The notes under the pieces: generated by a model | What the model was told of the DNA's origin: nothing | Database searches by the model: none | Seen by the model: the letters and a program-made list of their open reading frames with translations, nothing else | In this document: one piece after another, positions 47,181-56,702 of the stretch | How the letters are laid out: the number at the start of each line of letters is the position of its first letter | How positions within the stretch are numbered: the first letter of the stretch is position 1 | Position numbers and translations under genes: made by a program | Assembly: GCA_965208125.1 (NCBI GenBank) | Contig: OZ242320.1 | Span: forward strand, 480,001-544,000 | Direction of reading: 5' to 3' | Length of the DNA: 64,000 nucleotides | Origin: Candidatus Latescibacterota bacterium | GTDB lineage: Bacteria; Latescibacterota; UBA2968

Positions 47181-48082
47181 TAGAATTGTCTCAGGCGCTT
47201 TTGCAGGTACTGGCGGATAAGGTACCCATAGCGCTGATCAAAGAGAGTAAAATCGATGAAAGATTTAAAATACGATTCAAAATCGCCGATATCATAGCGC
47301 AATTCTTCGGGATACAACTTGATACAGCGAACAGTATGTCCCATTTTGATAAGCGTCGAAATCGCATCTGTCAGCTCGAGCTTGCCCCTGTAACTGGGAG
47401 ATGTGCGTTTGAGAGCGGTAAAAATTTCGGGATTAAAAATATAACGCGCGGCCACGCCGAGATTGCTCGGTGCATTTTCCGGGGCGGGCTTCTCCACAAT
47501 ATGTGCGATTTCAAAATCGTCTTCAGACTCACCGTTCACAGGCTCGACAATACCATAATGGTTTTCTTCGCCCTGAGGCACTTCGACAACCGCAATAGTA
47601 CAACTGGACCCATTTTCTCGGTGCGATTTGATCATCCGCCGCACGAGACCCGCATGATTGCCCGACTTGATAATCGTATCGCCAAACGCAACCACAAAAG
47701 GCTCACCTGCAACAAAATCTTCAGCCCTGCTAATGGCATCCCCTATACCCCCGGGCGTAATATGCCCGGTGGGAATAATTTGTCGCGTATAAAAAAATTT
47801 AACCCCTTCTCTTTCGTAATCAAGCTCATCAAGTGTGTGATCGCTCTCCGAGAGATAATTCTGCAATTCCGGATCTCGGTCAAAGTGATCTTCTATCGTG
47901 CGCTTGTCCTTTCCCGTCACAAAAAGTATCTTCTTTAACCCTTGCTCAACCACCTCTTCAACCACATACTGAACCACGGGTTTTCGCCCCACGGGCAACA
48001 TCTCCTTGGGCTGAGACTTGGTGGCGGGCAACAGACTCGTGCCCAATCCAGCAACCGGAATAACGACTTTTTCAATCTCCAT
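47180..48082 (-). CDS. UTP--sugar-1-phosphate uridylyltransferase (GalU family)
   Basis: KVVIPVAGLGT..LPATKSQPKEMLPV, EKP, LELTDAI, RYDIG. GGAGG RBS favours ATG 48082. Confidence 0.9.
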   Translation of the reverse strand: MEIEKVVIPVAGLGTSLLPATKSQPKEMLPVGRKPVVQYVVEEVVEQGLKKILFVTGKDKRTIEDHFDRDPELQNYLSESDHTLDELDYEREGVKFFYTRQIIPTGHITPGGIGDAISRAEDFVAGEPFVVAFGDTIIKSGNHAGLVRRMIKSHRENGSSCTIAVVEVPQGEENHYGIVEPVNGESEDDFEIAHIVEKPAPENAPSNLGVAARYIFNPEIFTALKRTSPSYRGKLELTDAISTLIKMGHTVRCIKLYPEELRYDIGDFESYFKSFIDFTLFDQRYGYLIRQYLQKRLRQF

Positions 48083-48195
48083 AGCGCGATGTTCCTCCAA
48101 ATGCCAAACGCTTGACAGAGTGCAATTTGTCCTTTAGAATATCAGTAAAAAATAACAGGAGAAACTTGTAGAACGCAAGGTAAAAGAACTTCATC

Positions 48196-49155
48196 ATGTT
48201 AAACAAACAAATAACAGACTCTCGCGCGTGGACTTCTGAGACAATTGATGCGCCTTCTGACTGGTATTACACCTTATCCGAACGCTATTTATCTGCTCTC
48301 GATAGCGGAGTGCAAAAACATGCGGGCGCAATCTCTGATCTACGCGTTCCCGACACCATCGCCTGTGCATCGTGTCTCCAGCCCGTTCTGGACGCATTGC
48401 ACACCGGACGCGGATTTGCCATCATCGAGCACTTGCCTGTCGAACATTACACGCTGGACGAAGCGCGAGCCGCATATTGGATGATCGGGCAATGTTTGGG
48501 CGTACCCTTTGAACAAAATATTGAAGGCACACTACTCTACGATGTGCGGGACACCGGGCGAGATGTAAAAACGGGCGCGCGTTTTTCTGTAACCAATGCA
48601 GAAAGTTCTTTTCACACAGATGGCGCATTCGGAACACAAGTACCCGAAATAGTCGGCCTGTTATGTATCAAAACCGCGCGGTCGGGTGGGCGCAGTCAAC
48701 TGATCAGTGCCTGTGCAGTACACAATATATTACACCGACAAGCGCCCGATGTTCTAAACACACTTTACTCATCTTTCTATTTTGATCGACGGGGGCAATT
48801 TCTCCAGAGCGAAGCACCTGTAAAAAAAACCCCTGTGTTTTCCTGGGATAAACAAACACTAATGATGCGCTACCTGCATTATTATATCCAGGAGGGACAT
48901 CGAGAAGCAGGAGTGCCACTCACATCGGAACAAAAGCGCGCACTACAAGCCATTGAAGACATATTAAAGCGTCCCGAAATGTGCGTGGAATTTGATCTCG
49001 CACCCGGACAAATGCTATTTACCAACAACAACTGGATCCTGCACAATCGAACGGCATTTGAAGACCATTCAGACCCGGACCAAAGACGGCATTACGTGCG
49101 CCTTTGGTTGATGCAAAAGGACAATGTAGATGGCTGCATTGAGAACCGCGATTGA
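48196..49155 (+). CDS. TauD/TfdA (clavaminate synthase-like) dioxygenase
   Basis: GRGFA, FHTD, VGLLC...A.SGG, NN..ILHNRTAF.D....RHYVRLWL. Confidence 0.9.
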   Translation: MLNKQITDSRAWTSETIDAPSDWYYTLSERYLSALDSGVQKHAGAISDLRVPDTIACASCLQPVLDALHTGRGFAIIEHLPVEHYTLDEARAAYWMIGQCLGVPFEQNIEGTLLYDVRDTGRDVKTGARFSVTNAESSFHTDGAFGTQVPEIVGLLCIKTARSGGRSQLISACAVHNILHRQAPDVLNTLYSSFYFDRRGQFLQSEAPVKKTPVFSWDKQTLMMRYLHYYIQEGHREAGVPLTSEQKRALQAIEDILKRPEMCVEFDLAPGQMLFTNNNWILHNRTAFEDHSDPDQRRHYVRLWLMQKDNVDGCIENRD

Positions 49156-50254
49156 AGACCGCAAAAGCCGGTGGCAGCTCAGCCTGTTGTTGGGCGAGCA
49201 GGCTGTCAGTGGTCTCGGTGTGGTAAAAAAACACATGCAGATCGATTCTGCTGTTGTGAAAATGGGTGGCATTGCTGGTGTATGGACGGATATCAATCAT
49301 CGCCGGAAAGGATATGCCAGTCAGGCCATGTGGGAATCAATTGCATTGATGGAGCACCAGGGCTGCGACATGAGCATTTTGTTTGGTATTGACGATTTTT
49401 ACCATCGATATGGGTATGCCGTGGTATTTGCCAATCAGTCTATGTGGTTGAAAACATCGCAATTATTGTCGCTGAACGGCCCTTTGAAAGCGCGGAGAGG
49501 GCGCAGGGCTGATCACGAGGCAATGCGCCGATTGTACAGAAATTACAATGCCGCGCGCTCAGGCATGGACGCACGTCAAAAGAACTGGAAGCCGAGATGG
49601 TATATGCCAGGCCTGGGCAAAGATACGGTTCGCCGTGCGGGAAAATTTCTGGTGGTGTATGACGCTCGGGACCGGGTGCGTGGATATGCAGTTTACGACA
49701 TACAAGCGGGGCGCACTGTGGTAGCAGAAGTGTGCGGCAAGGACCGCGAAGCACTTGCCTCTGTTGGGAAAACCATCGCAAGACGAGCAAAACGTGCAGG
49801 CGCTGAAGAAGTACTCTTTCATCTGCCTTGCGATGATCCATTTATCTCGCTATGCATACCCCTGGGATGTGCGTGTTTGATCGCGTATCCGTTTAATCAA
49901 AGCGCAATGGGACGCATTATCCATCTGAATCGTCTGATGAAAAAATTGCTGCCCGTATTCCAAAAACGATGGGCGCACTCGGAATTGAATTGGACAGGTG
50001 AATTTGCCATTGATACGGACGTTGGGCGCGTGGGCTTCGAGATTTCCGGGTCGGATATTGTCATGGCCGATGTTGGTGGCCGCGCCCAGGTGTCAATGTC
50101 TCAAATGACGTTGACACAACTGGTAATGGGGTATCGACAGGTAGTAGATATTGCTTATAATGAGAAAATAAAAATATCCAGACAACTGCTACCCGTGCTG
50201 GATATCCTATTTCCCAAAGGCAATCCGTATATGTGGTGGACAGATCGATTTTAG
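49130..50254 (+). CDS. Eis-like GNAT acetyltransferase
   Basis: GGIAGVWT...HRRKGYA, LFGI..FYHRYGY; tandem GNAT plus SCP-like tail. Confidence 0.85.
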   Translation: MAALRTAIEDRKSRWQLSLLLGEQAVSGLGVVKKHMQIDSAVVKMGGIAGVWTDINHRRKGYASQAMWESIALMEHQGCDMSILFGIDDFYHRYGYAVVFANQSMWLKTSQLLSLNGPLKARRGRRADHEAMRRLYRNYNAARSGMDARQKNWKPRWYMPGLGKDTVRRAGKFLVVYDARDRVRGYAVYDIQAGRTVVAEVCGKDREALASVGKTIARRAKRAGAEEVLFHLPCDDPFISLCIPLGCACLIAYPFNQSAMGRIIHLNRLMKKLLPVFQKRWAHSELNWTGEFAIDTDVGRVGFEISGSDIVMADVGGRAQVSMSQMTLTQLVMGYRQVVDIAYNEKIKISRQLLPVLDILFPKGNPYMWWTDRF

Positions 50255-50272
50255 ATAAGAAAGGAGAGAGCA

Positions 50273-51145
50273 ATGTCAACCTTCACAGTCGGCTTACTGA
50301 GTCCCGGCGATATGGGCCATGTCGTTGGACAGGTGGCGATTGCCAATGGCGCCCGGGTAATAACCTGCCTGAATGGCCGCAGCGAGCGCACGCGCAAACT
50401 CGCAGAAATAGCGGGAATCGAAGACGTGCCCACATATTCCGACCTCGTGCGCGAAGCTTCACTCGTAATATGCATTCTCGTCCCCGCAGCATCAGAATCG
50501 GTAGCCGCTCGCGTGGCTGACGCCCTGAAAGAAACGAATGAACAGATTGTATATACCGATTGCAATGCAATAGCCCCGGCAACCACTGTGCGCATTGGCA
50601 AAACAATTGAAAACGCGGACAGTGTATTTGTCGATGCGGGTATTATCGGCGGACCGCCGCGCCAGCCTGGGGGTACGCGGTTTTACTGTTCTGGCCCAGA
50701 CACATCGGTCTTTGAAAAACTGAACGATTACGGGCTGGACGTGCGAAAAGTAGGCGATGAAATCGGACAGGCGTCGGGATTGAAAATGTGCTATGCCGCG
50801 CAGACCAAAGGAACGACCGCGCTGCAAACAGAATTGCTCATCGCCGCGCGGCGCATGGGCCTGTACGAAGGATTGATCGCAGAGTGGGAAATGAGTCAGC
50901 AAGACCGGTTGGCGGGCATGGAGCGGGGCTTGCCGGGAATGCCGACCAAAGCAAAGCGGTGGATAGGCGAAATGGAAGAAATCGCCAAAACCTTCGGCGA
51001 TTTGGGACTCACGCCCAAAATATACGAAGGCGCTGCAGACATGTACCGACTCGTCAGCGAAACACCACTGGCAGACGAAGCACCTGAAACGCGAGACAGG
51101 AGCCGAACACTCGCGCAGGTCATCGATATTTTGTCTGAGGAATAA
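50273..51145 (+). CDS. NAD(P)-dependent oxidoreductase (6PGDH/3-hydroxyisobutyrate DH-like, DUF1932)
   Basis: GLLSPGDMG, DCNAIAP, DAGIIGGPP, ASGLKMCYA, RWIGEMEEIA. Confidence 0.9.
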   Translation: MSTFTVGLLSPGDMGHVVGQVAIANGARVITCLNGRSERTRKLAEIAGIEDVPTYSDLVREASLVICILVPAASESVAARVADALKETNEQIVYTDCNAIAPATTVRIGKTIENADSVFVDAGIIGGPPRQPGGTRFYCSGPDTSVFEKLNDYGLDVRKVGDEIGQASGLKMCYAAQTKGTTALQTELLIAARRMGLYEGLIAEWEMSQQDRLAGMERGLPGMPTKAKRWIGEMEEIAKTFGDLGLTPKIYEGAADMYRLVSETPLADEAPETRDRSRTLAQVIDILSEE

Positions 51146-51159
51146 AAAAGTAAATAGAT

Positions 51160-51390
51160 CTAAAGACTATTCCACTCTTGAGCAGAAATACCGCGTTCGA
51201 GCTTGTCTTCGACCTGAGCGAGCAATTTTCGCAATTGAGGAACAGAATAATCGTCGTTGCGGGGAATGACCTGCTTGTGAGATCCGAGACGCATCACAAA
51301 ATGACGCGTACCCGGTTCGGGAGGATCGAAACCGAGCACTCGAAGTTTTCGGACAAACTCTCTGCGTTTACACGGAAACCACCTATTCAT
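51160..51390 (-). CDS. hicA: HicA family toxin
   Basis: R..VRKLRVLGF..P..GTRH.VM.....VIP; 76 aa; ATGA overlap with hicB. Confidence 0.8.
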   Translation of the reverse strand: MNRWFPCKRREFVRKLRVLGFDPPEPGTRHFVMRLGSHKQVIPRNDDYSVPQLRKLLAQVEDKLERGISAQEWNSL

Positions 51391-51632
51391 TGGATTACTA
51401 CTGCCTGCGCATTAAGGTCAACACCATTAATAACAGGCAGTTCATCACCATGACGCAACGCAGAAAGAATCCAATCATGAAGTGCTGCCTTGAGTTCCTG
51501 ACGGCATTCTTCAAGTGTCTGTCCAAAAGCAATCGTCCCTGGACATTTGGGAATCTCTCCAAAGAATGAGTTATCATCCAACTCTTCATAGATGGCGTAT
51601 GTTAATGCCGCATTGATGTAATCCTGAACCAT
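51387..51632 (-). CDS. hicB: HicB family antitoxin (short, no DNA-binding domain)
   Basis: FGEIP.CPG..AFGQTLEEC..EL..AL.DW......G.ELP. Confidence 0.85.
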   Translation of the reverse strand: MVQDYINAALTYAIYEELDDNSFFGEIPKCPGTIAFGQTLEECRQELKAALHDWILSALRHGDELPVINGVDLNAQAVVIQ

Positions 51633-51767
51633 CCTCATCTCCTTTGAAGTGTTTGGTAAGTTTACGCGATTTGTGAAGTGATAGCAAGGAATATCCCGTC
51701 TTCTATCAAATGTAGAAGGGGATTTTATTTTTTATTTATTTTTTATAAACATATGCCCAATGGTAAA

Positions 51768-51796
51768 TTGACTTTTCGATTGTGACAAGCTATATT
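51768..51796 (+). promoter_or_regulatory. sigma70 promoter
   Basis: TTGACT-17bp-TATATT. Confidence 0.7.
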
Positions 51797-51841
51797 ACGC
51801 GTTTTAAAAAATAGTGGGTAAATTTAAACCGGGAGATGTAA

Positions 51842-52879
51842 GTGAAAGCAGCACAAATCGTCGCACCCAGACGCATTGTGGTCGTCGAAACAGACGAACC
51901 ACAACTCCTGGGCGCCGGGCAAGTAAAAATTCAACTCGAAAGGGCGTGTCTTTGCGGTTCAGACGTGCCATTATGGGATTACGATCACAACGAACTGGCA
52001 GAAAGGGCGCGGCTCAATCCGCGCAAAGCAAAACGCGCACCATTTGTCGATTACGTCAACGGAGACCCGTATCCCCTGCGCGTCGGCCTCTCAATTCACG
52101 AATGCCTGGGCACAGTCGTTGAATCGACATCTGACCAATTTCAAACCGGCGATTTTGTCCTTGCATTACCCGACGCACAAAGAGGACTATGCGAATATAT
52201 CTGCGCCCCCGATAGCCGAACCATTCCCCTGCCAAAAGGCGCAGTACCCGACGAGCAAATTCTGATGACCCAACCCCTGGGCACAGTCGTATGGGCGTGT
52301 CAAAAACTCGGCAACATCGTCAATAGCGATGTGGTAATTGTCGGACAAGGCCCTATGGGATTGATGTTCACGCGCATGCTGGCCAATCTGGGTGCGCGAA
52401 GAGTAATTGGACTCGACAAATTGGACTACCGCTTACACACCGCAAAAAAAATGCACGCAACCCATACCGTCAACGTCGATCAAGACGATCCCGTGGAAGC
52501 CATCCGCGAGATCACAAACGGCAAAATGGCGGACCTGGTAGTCGAAGCAGTCGGTCATCAGACAAAAACGCTCAATTCGTGCATGAAACTCGTGCGCCAT
52601 ATGGGCACACTGCTGTGCTTTGGCGTACCCGACGATGCGTATTACCCATTTGCATATCCCGAATTTTTCAGATTAAATCTCAACCTGATCTCCACAGTCG
52701 GTCCCAATGTGGTGCCCAACTTTTCTCTTGCCCGAGATCTGATCGCACAAGGACGTGTTGACATGGCACCTCTGGTAACGCATGTGTTGCCCTTTGAAGA
52801 TATTCAGTACGGGTATGAGTTATTTACCGATCGCCGCGATGGGGCCATTAAAGTGGTTATCGATTACAATTCGCTGTGA
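51842..52879 (+). CDS. Zinc-binding (MDR) dehydrogenase
   Basis: LCGSD, HEC.G.V, G.GPMGL, DLVVEAVG, LVTH.LP, AIKVVI. Confidence 0.9.
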   Translation: MKAAQIVAPRRIVVVETDEPQLLGAGQVKIQLERACLCGSDVPLWDYDHNELAERARLNPRKAKRAPFVDYVNGDPYPLRVGLSIHECLGTVVESTSDQFQTGDFVLALPDAQRGLCEYICAPDSRTIPLPKGAVPDEQILMTQPLGTVVWACQKLGNIVNSDVVIVGQGPMGLMFTRMLANLGARRVIGLDKLDYRLHTAKKMHATHTVNVDQDDPVEAIREITNGKMADLVVEAVGHQTKTLNSCMKLVRHMGTLLCFGVPDDAYYPFAYPEFFRLNLNLISTVGPNVVPNFSLARDLIAQGRVDMAPLVTHVLPFEDIQYGYELFTDRRDGAIKVVIDYNSL

Positions 52880-52928
52880 ACCTGACCAGCGGAACAACTT
52901 TGACAAACACAAAAGGGGGTTTTTACTT

Positions 52929-54515
52929 GTGGCAGCAATGTTTGAATACGGCGCAGTAGTTGGACAACCCGAATCCGATTCTGCCGCTGTAAGCATATTG
53001 AGAAAGGGTGGTAATGCCGTCGATGCCGCTGTTACAGCAGCATTTCTCGCCTGTGTTCTATCACCTAAATCGTGCGGAATTGGAGGTTATGGCGGCGCGA
53101 TGACCGCCTATATTGGCGACGAAGTCGTCTGTGTTGACTTTAATACAGTCGCACCCAAAGAGGCCCATGACAGGATGTTTCGCGTAACGCGTTCCGATGG
53201 GCGATTTGGTTCTGCTGTCAGCGGTTATGCGAATTCAATCGGTTATAAGGCCATCTCAGTTCCCGGTGTACTGGCAGGTCTTGGACTGGCCCTGGAAAAA
53301 TTCGGCAAAATGCCACTATCCGAAGTACTCGCACCTGCTATTCGCGCCTGTGAACGCGGGTTTCGGGTATCTGCAAATTACGCTACGGGCGTTGCTCGAA
53401 GCGAAGCGCGCATTCGCGAGTTTCCAGAAACAACCCGCTTATTGATGATCAGTGGCGAAGTGCCCAAAGGCGGAGACCGTGCACAAAACCCCTATTTGGG
53501 CAGAATGCTCAGTCAGGTTGCAGAAAAAGGCGTGCGTGAATTTTATGAGGGACGCATCGCAGAGCGCATTGTCAAACATATTCAGGATAACGGTGGCATT
53601 TTAACCCGAGATGATCTGGCAAATTACGAAGCCCAGGTCGTTAACCCTGTACAAACGGCTTGTATGGAATACGATGTGTACAGCTCGCCCCTTTGTAGTG
53701 CCGGATTGAGCCTGGCGCAAATGTGTGCCATTGCCGACGAAGCCGAATTAGATCTCTACGAGCGGGACTCCGCCCGGTTGGCCCATGGCATGGTCGAAAT
53801 TATTCGCGCAGCCTGGATGGACCGATACCGGCATTTTGGCGATCCAAAGCAAATGCCGGTAGATACAGACATGCTGATGTCGGATATCAATATCGGTGCA
53901 AATGCCAAAGAAATTGCCACTTATATTGCCGAAGGAAAACGCGGACAATCGCTACTACGACCGTTTTACACGGGTGGTACGACGCATATTTGCACAATAG
54001 ACGCGCAAAGCAATATGGTCGCCCTGACCCTCACACACGGACCGGGCTATGGCTCTCTTGTAACAATTCCCCGCATGGGCTTGTTGATGAATGCGGGCAT
54101 GTCGCGGTTTGACCCCGGTTCGGGCTTAAAAAACTCAATTGCCCCCGGCAAATCACCGATCATGAACATGACCCCAACCATTGTATTGCAAGATGGCGAA
54201 CCCGTCCTGACTGTGGGTGCGTCCGGCGGTACGCGTATCCCCTCGTCTGTCTTTCAGGTTTTAGCGCGAAGGCTGGTACTCGACGAAGATCCCGAATGGT
54301 CAATCGCAGCCCCTCGGGTGCACTCAGAGGGCAATGAATGGGTAAGCATAGAAGAAGAATTCGGCGAGGCCGCACCAGATTATCTGAGTTCAGTCGGATA
54401 TAAAATTAACAAAAAGGGCGCGGCTGCCGCCAGTGTCCGAATGATTGAGATCGTTGAAGAGGGATTGCTGGCCATGTACGATCCGCGCATGAAGGCGCGA
54501 GAAAAAGGGTATTAA
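52929..54515 (+). CDS. ggt: Gamma-glutamyltransferase family (Ntn hydrolase)
   Basis: GGNAVDAAV, GIGG.G, VPG..AG, GTTHI nucleophile, GASGGTRI, APRVH. Start is 52929 (GTG) or 52938 (ATG), not 52782. Confidence 0.88.
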   Translation: MAAMFEYGAVVGQPESDSAAVSILRKGGNAVDAAVTAAFLACVLSPKSCGIGGYGGAMTAYIGDEVVCVDFNTVAPKEAHDRMFRVTRSDGRFGSAVSGYANSIGYKAISVPGVLAGLGLALEKFGKMPLSEVLAPAIRACERGFRVSANYATGVARSEARIREFPETTRLLMISGEVPKGGDRAQNPYLGRMLSQVAEKGVREFYEGRIAERIVKHIQDNGGILTRDDLANYEAQVVNPVQTACMEYDVYSSPLCSAGLSLAQMCAIADEAELDLYERDSARLAHGMVEIIRAAWMDRYRHFGDPKQMPVDTDMLMSDINIGANAKEIATYIAEGKRGQSLLRPFYTGGTTHICTIDAQSNMVALTLTHGPGYGSLVTIPRMGLLMNAGMSRFDPGSGLKNSIAPGKSPIMNMTPTIVLQDGEPVLTVGASGGTRIPSSVFQVLARRLVLDEDPEWSIAAPRVHSEGNEWVSIEEEFGEAAPDYLSSVGYKINKKGAAAASVRMIEIVEEGLLAMYDPRMKAREKGY

Positions 54516-54517
54516 AT

Positions 54518-54574
54518 GTAGGTGGCGGTTTGAAACCGCCACCTACCCTCACGTCTTACTTCTTACGTCTCACC
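54518..54574. repeat. GTAG-type REP-like palindrome followed by heptamer repeats
   Basis: GTAGGTGGCGGTTT-G-AAACCGCCACCTAC (14-bp arms), then CCTCACG TCTTACT TCTTACG TCTCACC. Confidence 0.8.
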
Positions 54575-54596
54575 TTTTTAGCTGGAGATAAATCAC

Positions 54597-55715
54597 ATGG
54601 AAAGATATCCTTTTGGCAGCGGGCGTCCCGATCCGTCATCGTTTCCCAAGCGGGAATTGGCCGAAGCCGCCATGCGTATCTTGCCCGAGATGGGCAATGA
54701 ACTGGCACTTTATCCCGGCACATTGGGATATCAACCGATGCGACAGGTCCTGGCTGACCGCTTGTTGCGACGCGAAGGGATCGCCCCTCCCGTAGAAGAA
54801 ATCGCATTGACCAATGGCTCAATGCAGCCCGTGACCTTAATGGCGCAGATGTTTATCGATCAACCCGGCGACGGCGTCATCATGGAGGAATTTTGCTATT
54901 CCGGCACAATTGGCGCATATAACAAAGAAGGCGCAGAATTGGTGGGCATTCCCGTAGATGAGCACGGCATGCGCATGGACGCGCTGTCCGACGAATTAAA
55001 AAAACGGGGCGCCAATGGAAAACTGCCCAAATTCATTTATGTACTCGCAACATTTCAAAATCCCACAGGTGCGATTATGCCCCTCGAACGGCGAAAAGAA
55101 CTGTTGCAAATAGCCGCACAGTACGAGATCCCCGTCGTCGAAGACCACTGTTATGCAGACACGGTGTACGAAGACGATTATTACGTACCTTCCCTCTATA
55201 CCCTCCCAGCAGAAGTGCCCGTAGTACATATTGAATCCCTCTCCAAAATTTTGGGTCCAGGTGTGCGCCTGGGGTGCTTTTTTACCAAACAACCCCTCCT
55301 CGGCAAAATTTTACAAATTCGTCGAGATGGCGGCACGAGTTCGCTCGCCGCAGCCATTGTGTACGAATACTTCCGCGAGCACCTGTGGACCCATGTCAAT
55401 AACATCAACGCAATCGTAAAAGAAAAGCGCGACTTGATGTTTGAAATGCTGGGACAATCTCCCGACGCTTTTGAATGGTTCAGCCGTCCCAAAGGCGGAT
55501 TATTTATCTGGGTCAAATTGCCCGATGCCACCGATGTGATCGAATGCGAACAAATCGCCGAATCCCGCGGAATCGACTACGCCACCGGCAAGGCATTTCA
55601 CGTACACCACGACGACGTCCCCTACCTGCGCCTCGCATTTGGCTACGCATCACTCGCACAAATCCGAGAAGGCATACCCAAGCTGGCAGAATGCGTCATG
55701 GCAACGCAGAAGTAA
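54597..55715 (+). CDS. PLP-dependent aminotransferase class I (2-aminoadipate/MocR-like)
   Basis: G.PDP..FP, TNGS, FQNPTG, VEDHCY, SLSKILGPGVRLG, P.GGLFIW, LRLAF. Confidence 0.92.
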   Translation: MERYPFGSGRPDPSSFPKRELAEAAMRILPEMGNELALYPGTLGYQPMRQVLADRLLRREGIAPPVEEIALTNGSMQPVTLMAQMFIDQPGDGVIMEEFCYSGTIGAYNKEGAELVGIPVDEHGMRMDALSDELKKRGANGKLPKFIYVLATFQNPTGAIMPLERRKELLQIAAQYEIPVVEDHCYADTVYEDDYYVPSLYTLPAEVPVVHIESLSKILGPGVRLGCFFTKQPLLGKILQIRRDGGTSSLAAAIVYEYFREHLWTHVNNINAIVKEKRDLMFEMLGQSPDAFEWFSRPKGGLFIWVKLPDATDVIECEQIAESRGIDYATGKAFHVHHDDVPYLRLAFGYASLAQIREGIPKLAECVMATQK

Positions 55716-55731
55716 AAAACAGGAGTTCTAT

Positions 55732-56523
55732 GTGAGCGCACCACCAATCCCAGAGCGTCCACCCATCCCGGGTGTCAGACACATCGTCGCAATTGCCAGT
55801 GGCAAAGGCGGTGTGGGCAAAACGACAACCGCGTCAAATCTGGCTGTGGCAATGGCACAGTCGGGACACGCGGTGGGATTGATGGATGCGGATATTTACG
55901 GACCCAATGTACCGATCATGATGGGCAGCAAAGCGCAGCCCCAGATGACACCGGAACAAAAAATTGAACCCCTTGAGCTGTACGGTGTAAAAATGGTATC
56001 TCTGGGATTAATCGCAGGCGATGGTGTGCCCATTATCTGGCGCGGACCAATGCTGGCCAAAATGGTGACCCAATTCGTGCGCGACGTGGCCTGGGCACCG
56101 CTCGATTGTCTGGTCATCGACTTGCCCCCGGGCACCGGCGATGTGCAACTGACCCTGACCCAATCGACCCCTTTGGATGGCGCTGTCATCGTAACGACAC
56201 CACCTCTGGTCGCCCTGGAAGATGTGCGGCGCGGCGTCGAAATGTTTCACACCGTTGAAGTACCCGTACTCGGTGTAATTGAAAACATGAGCACTTATAT
56301 ATGCAGCAAGTGCGGCACAGAAACACCGATCTTTGGTCAGGGAGGTGGCGAACGCACAGCAAAAGCCTATCGCGTGCCGTTTTTGGGCGCGATACCCCTG
56401 CATCTGCAGGTACAAATGGGAAGTGACACAGGAGAGCCGATTGTAGCCTCTGATCCCGACTCGCCTCTGGCAAAGATATACCGCGGCATCGCCGATAGCA
56501 TCTGGCAATCGCTGGAGATGTGA
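55732..56523 (+). CDS. mrp: Mrp/NBP35 (ApbC) Fe-S cluster carrier ATPase
   Basis: ASGKGGVGKTT, DADIYGP, WRGPM, DLPPGTGD, ENMS..CSKC; AGGAG RBS before GTG 55732. Confidence 0.93.
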   Translation: MSAPPIPERPPIPGVRHIVAIASGKGGVGKTTTASNLAVAMAQSGHAVGLMDADIYGPNVPIMMGSKAQPQMTPEQKIEPLELYGVKMVSLGLIAGDGVPIIWRGPMLAKMVTQFVRDVAWAPLDCLVIDLPPGTGDVQLTLTQSTPLDGAVIVTTPPLVALEDVRRGVEMFHTVEVPVLGVIENMSTYICSKCGTETPIFGQGGGERTAKAYRVPFLGAIPLHLQVQMGSDTGEPIVASDPDSPLAKIYRGIADSIWQSLEM

Positions 56524-56702
56524 AAACTGCATCCACAATCGCGTATCGCAAAAAGGCGATCATTATGCGGGTGTTTTTTAATTTCTCTCTTGAAAACTAT
56601 ACATTCGTTCAGTATATTTAATAATGTTTTCCGAAACCAGTCTTCCCACTGGTGCGTCAAAGGTCTTGTAGAATTCAGGCATATTCCAACCTGTGAGGAT
56701 AA

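Noticed and set aside
51160-51632. hicB-hicA gene order as novel
   Set aside because: The reversed order with a short HicB is a known arrangement.
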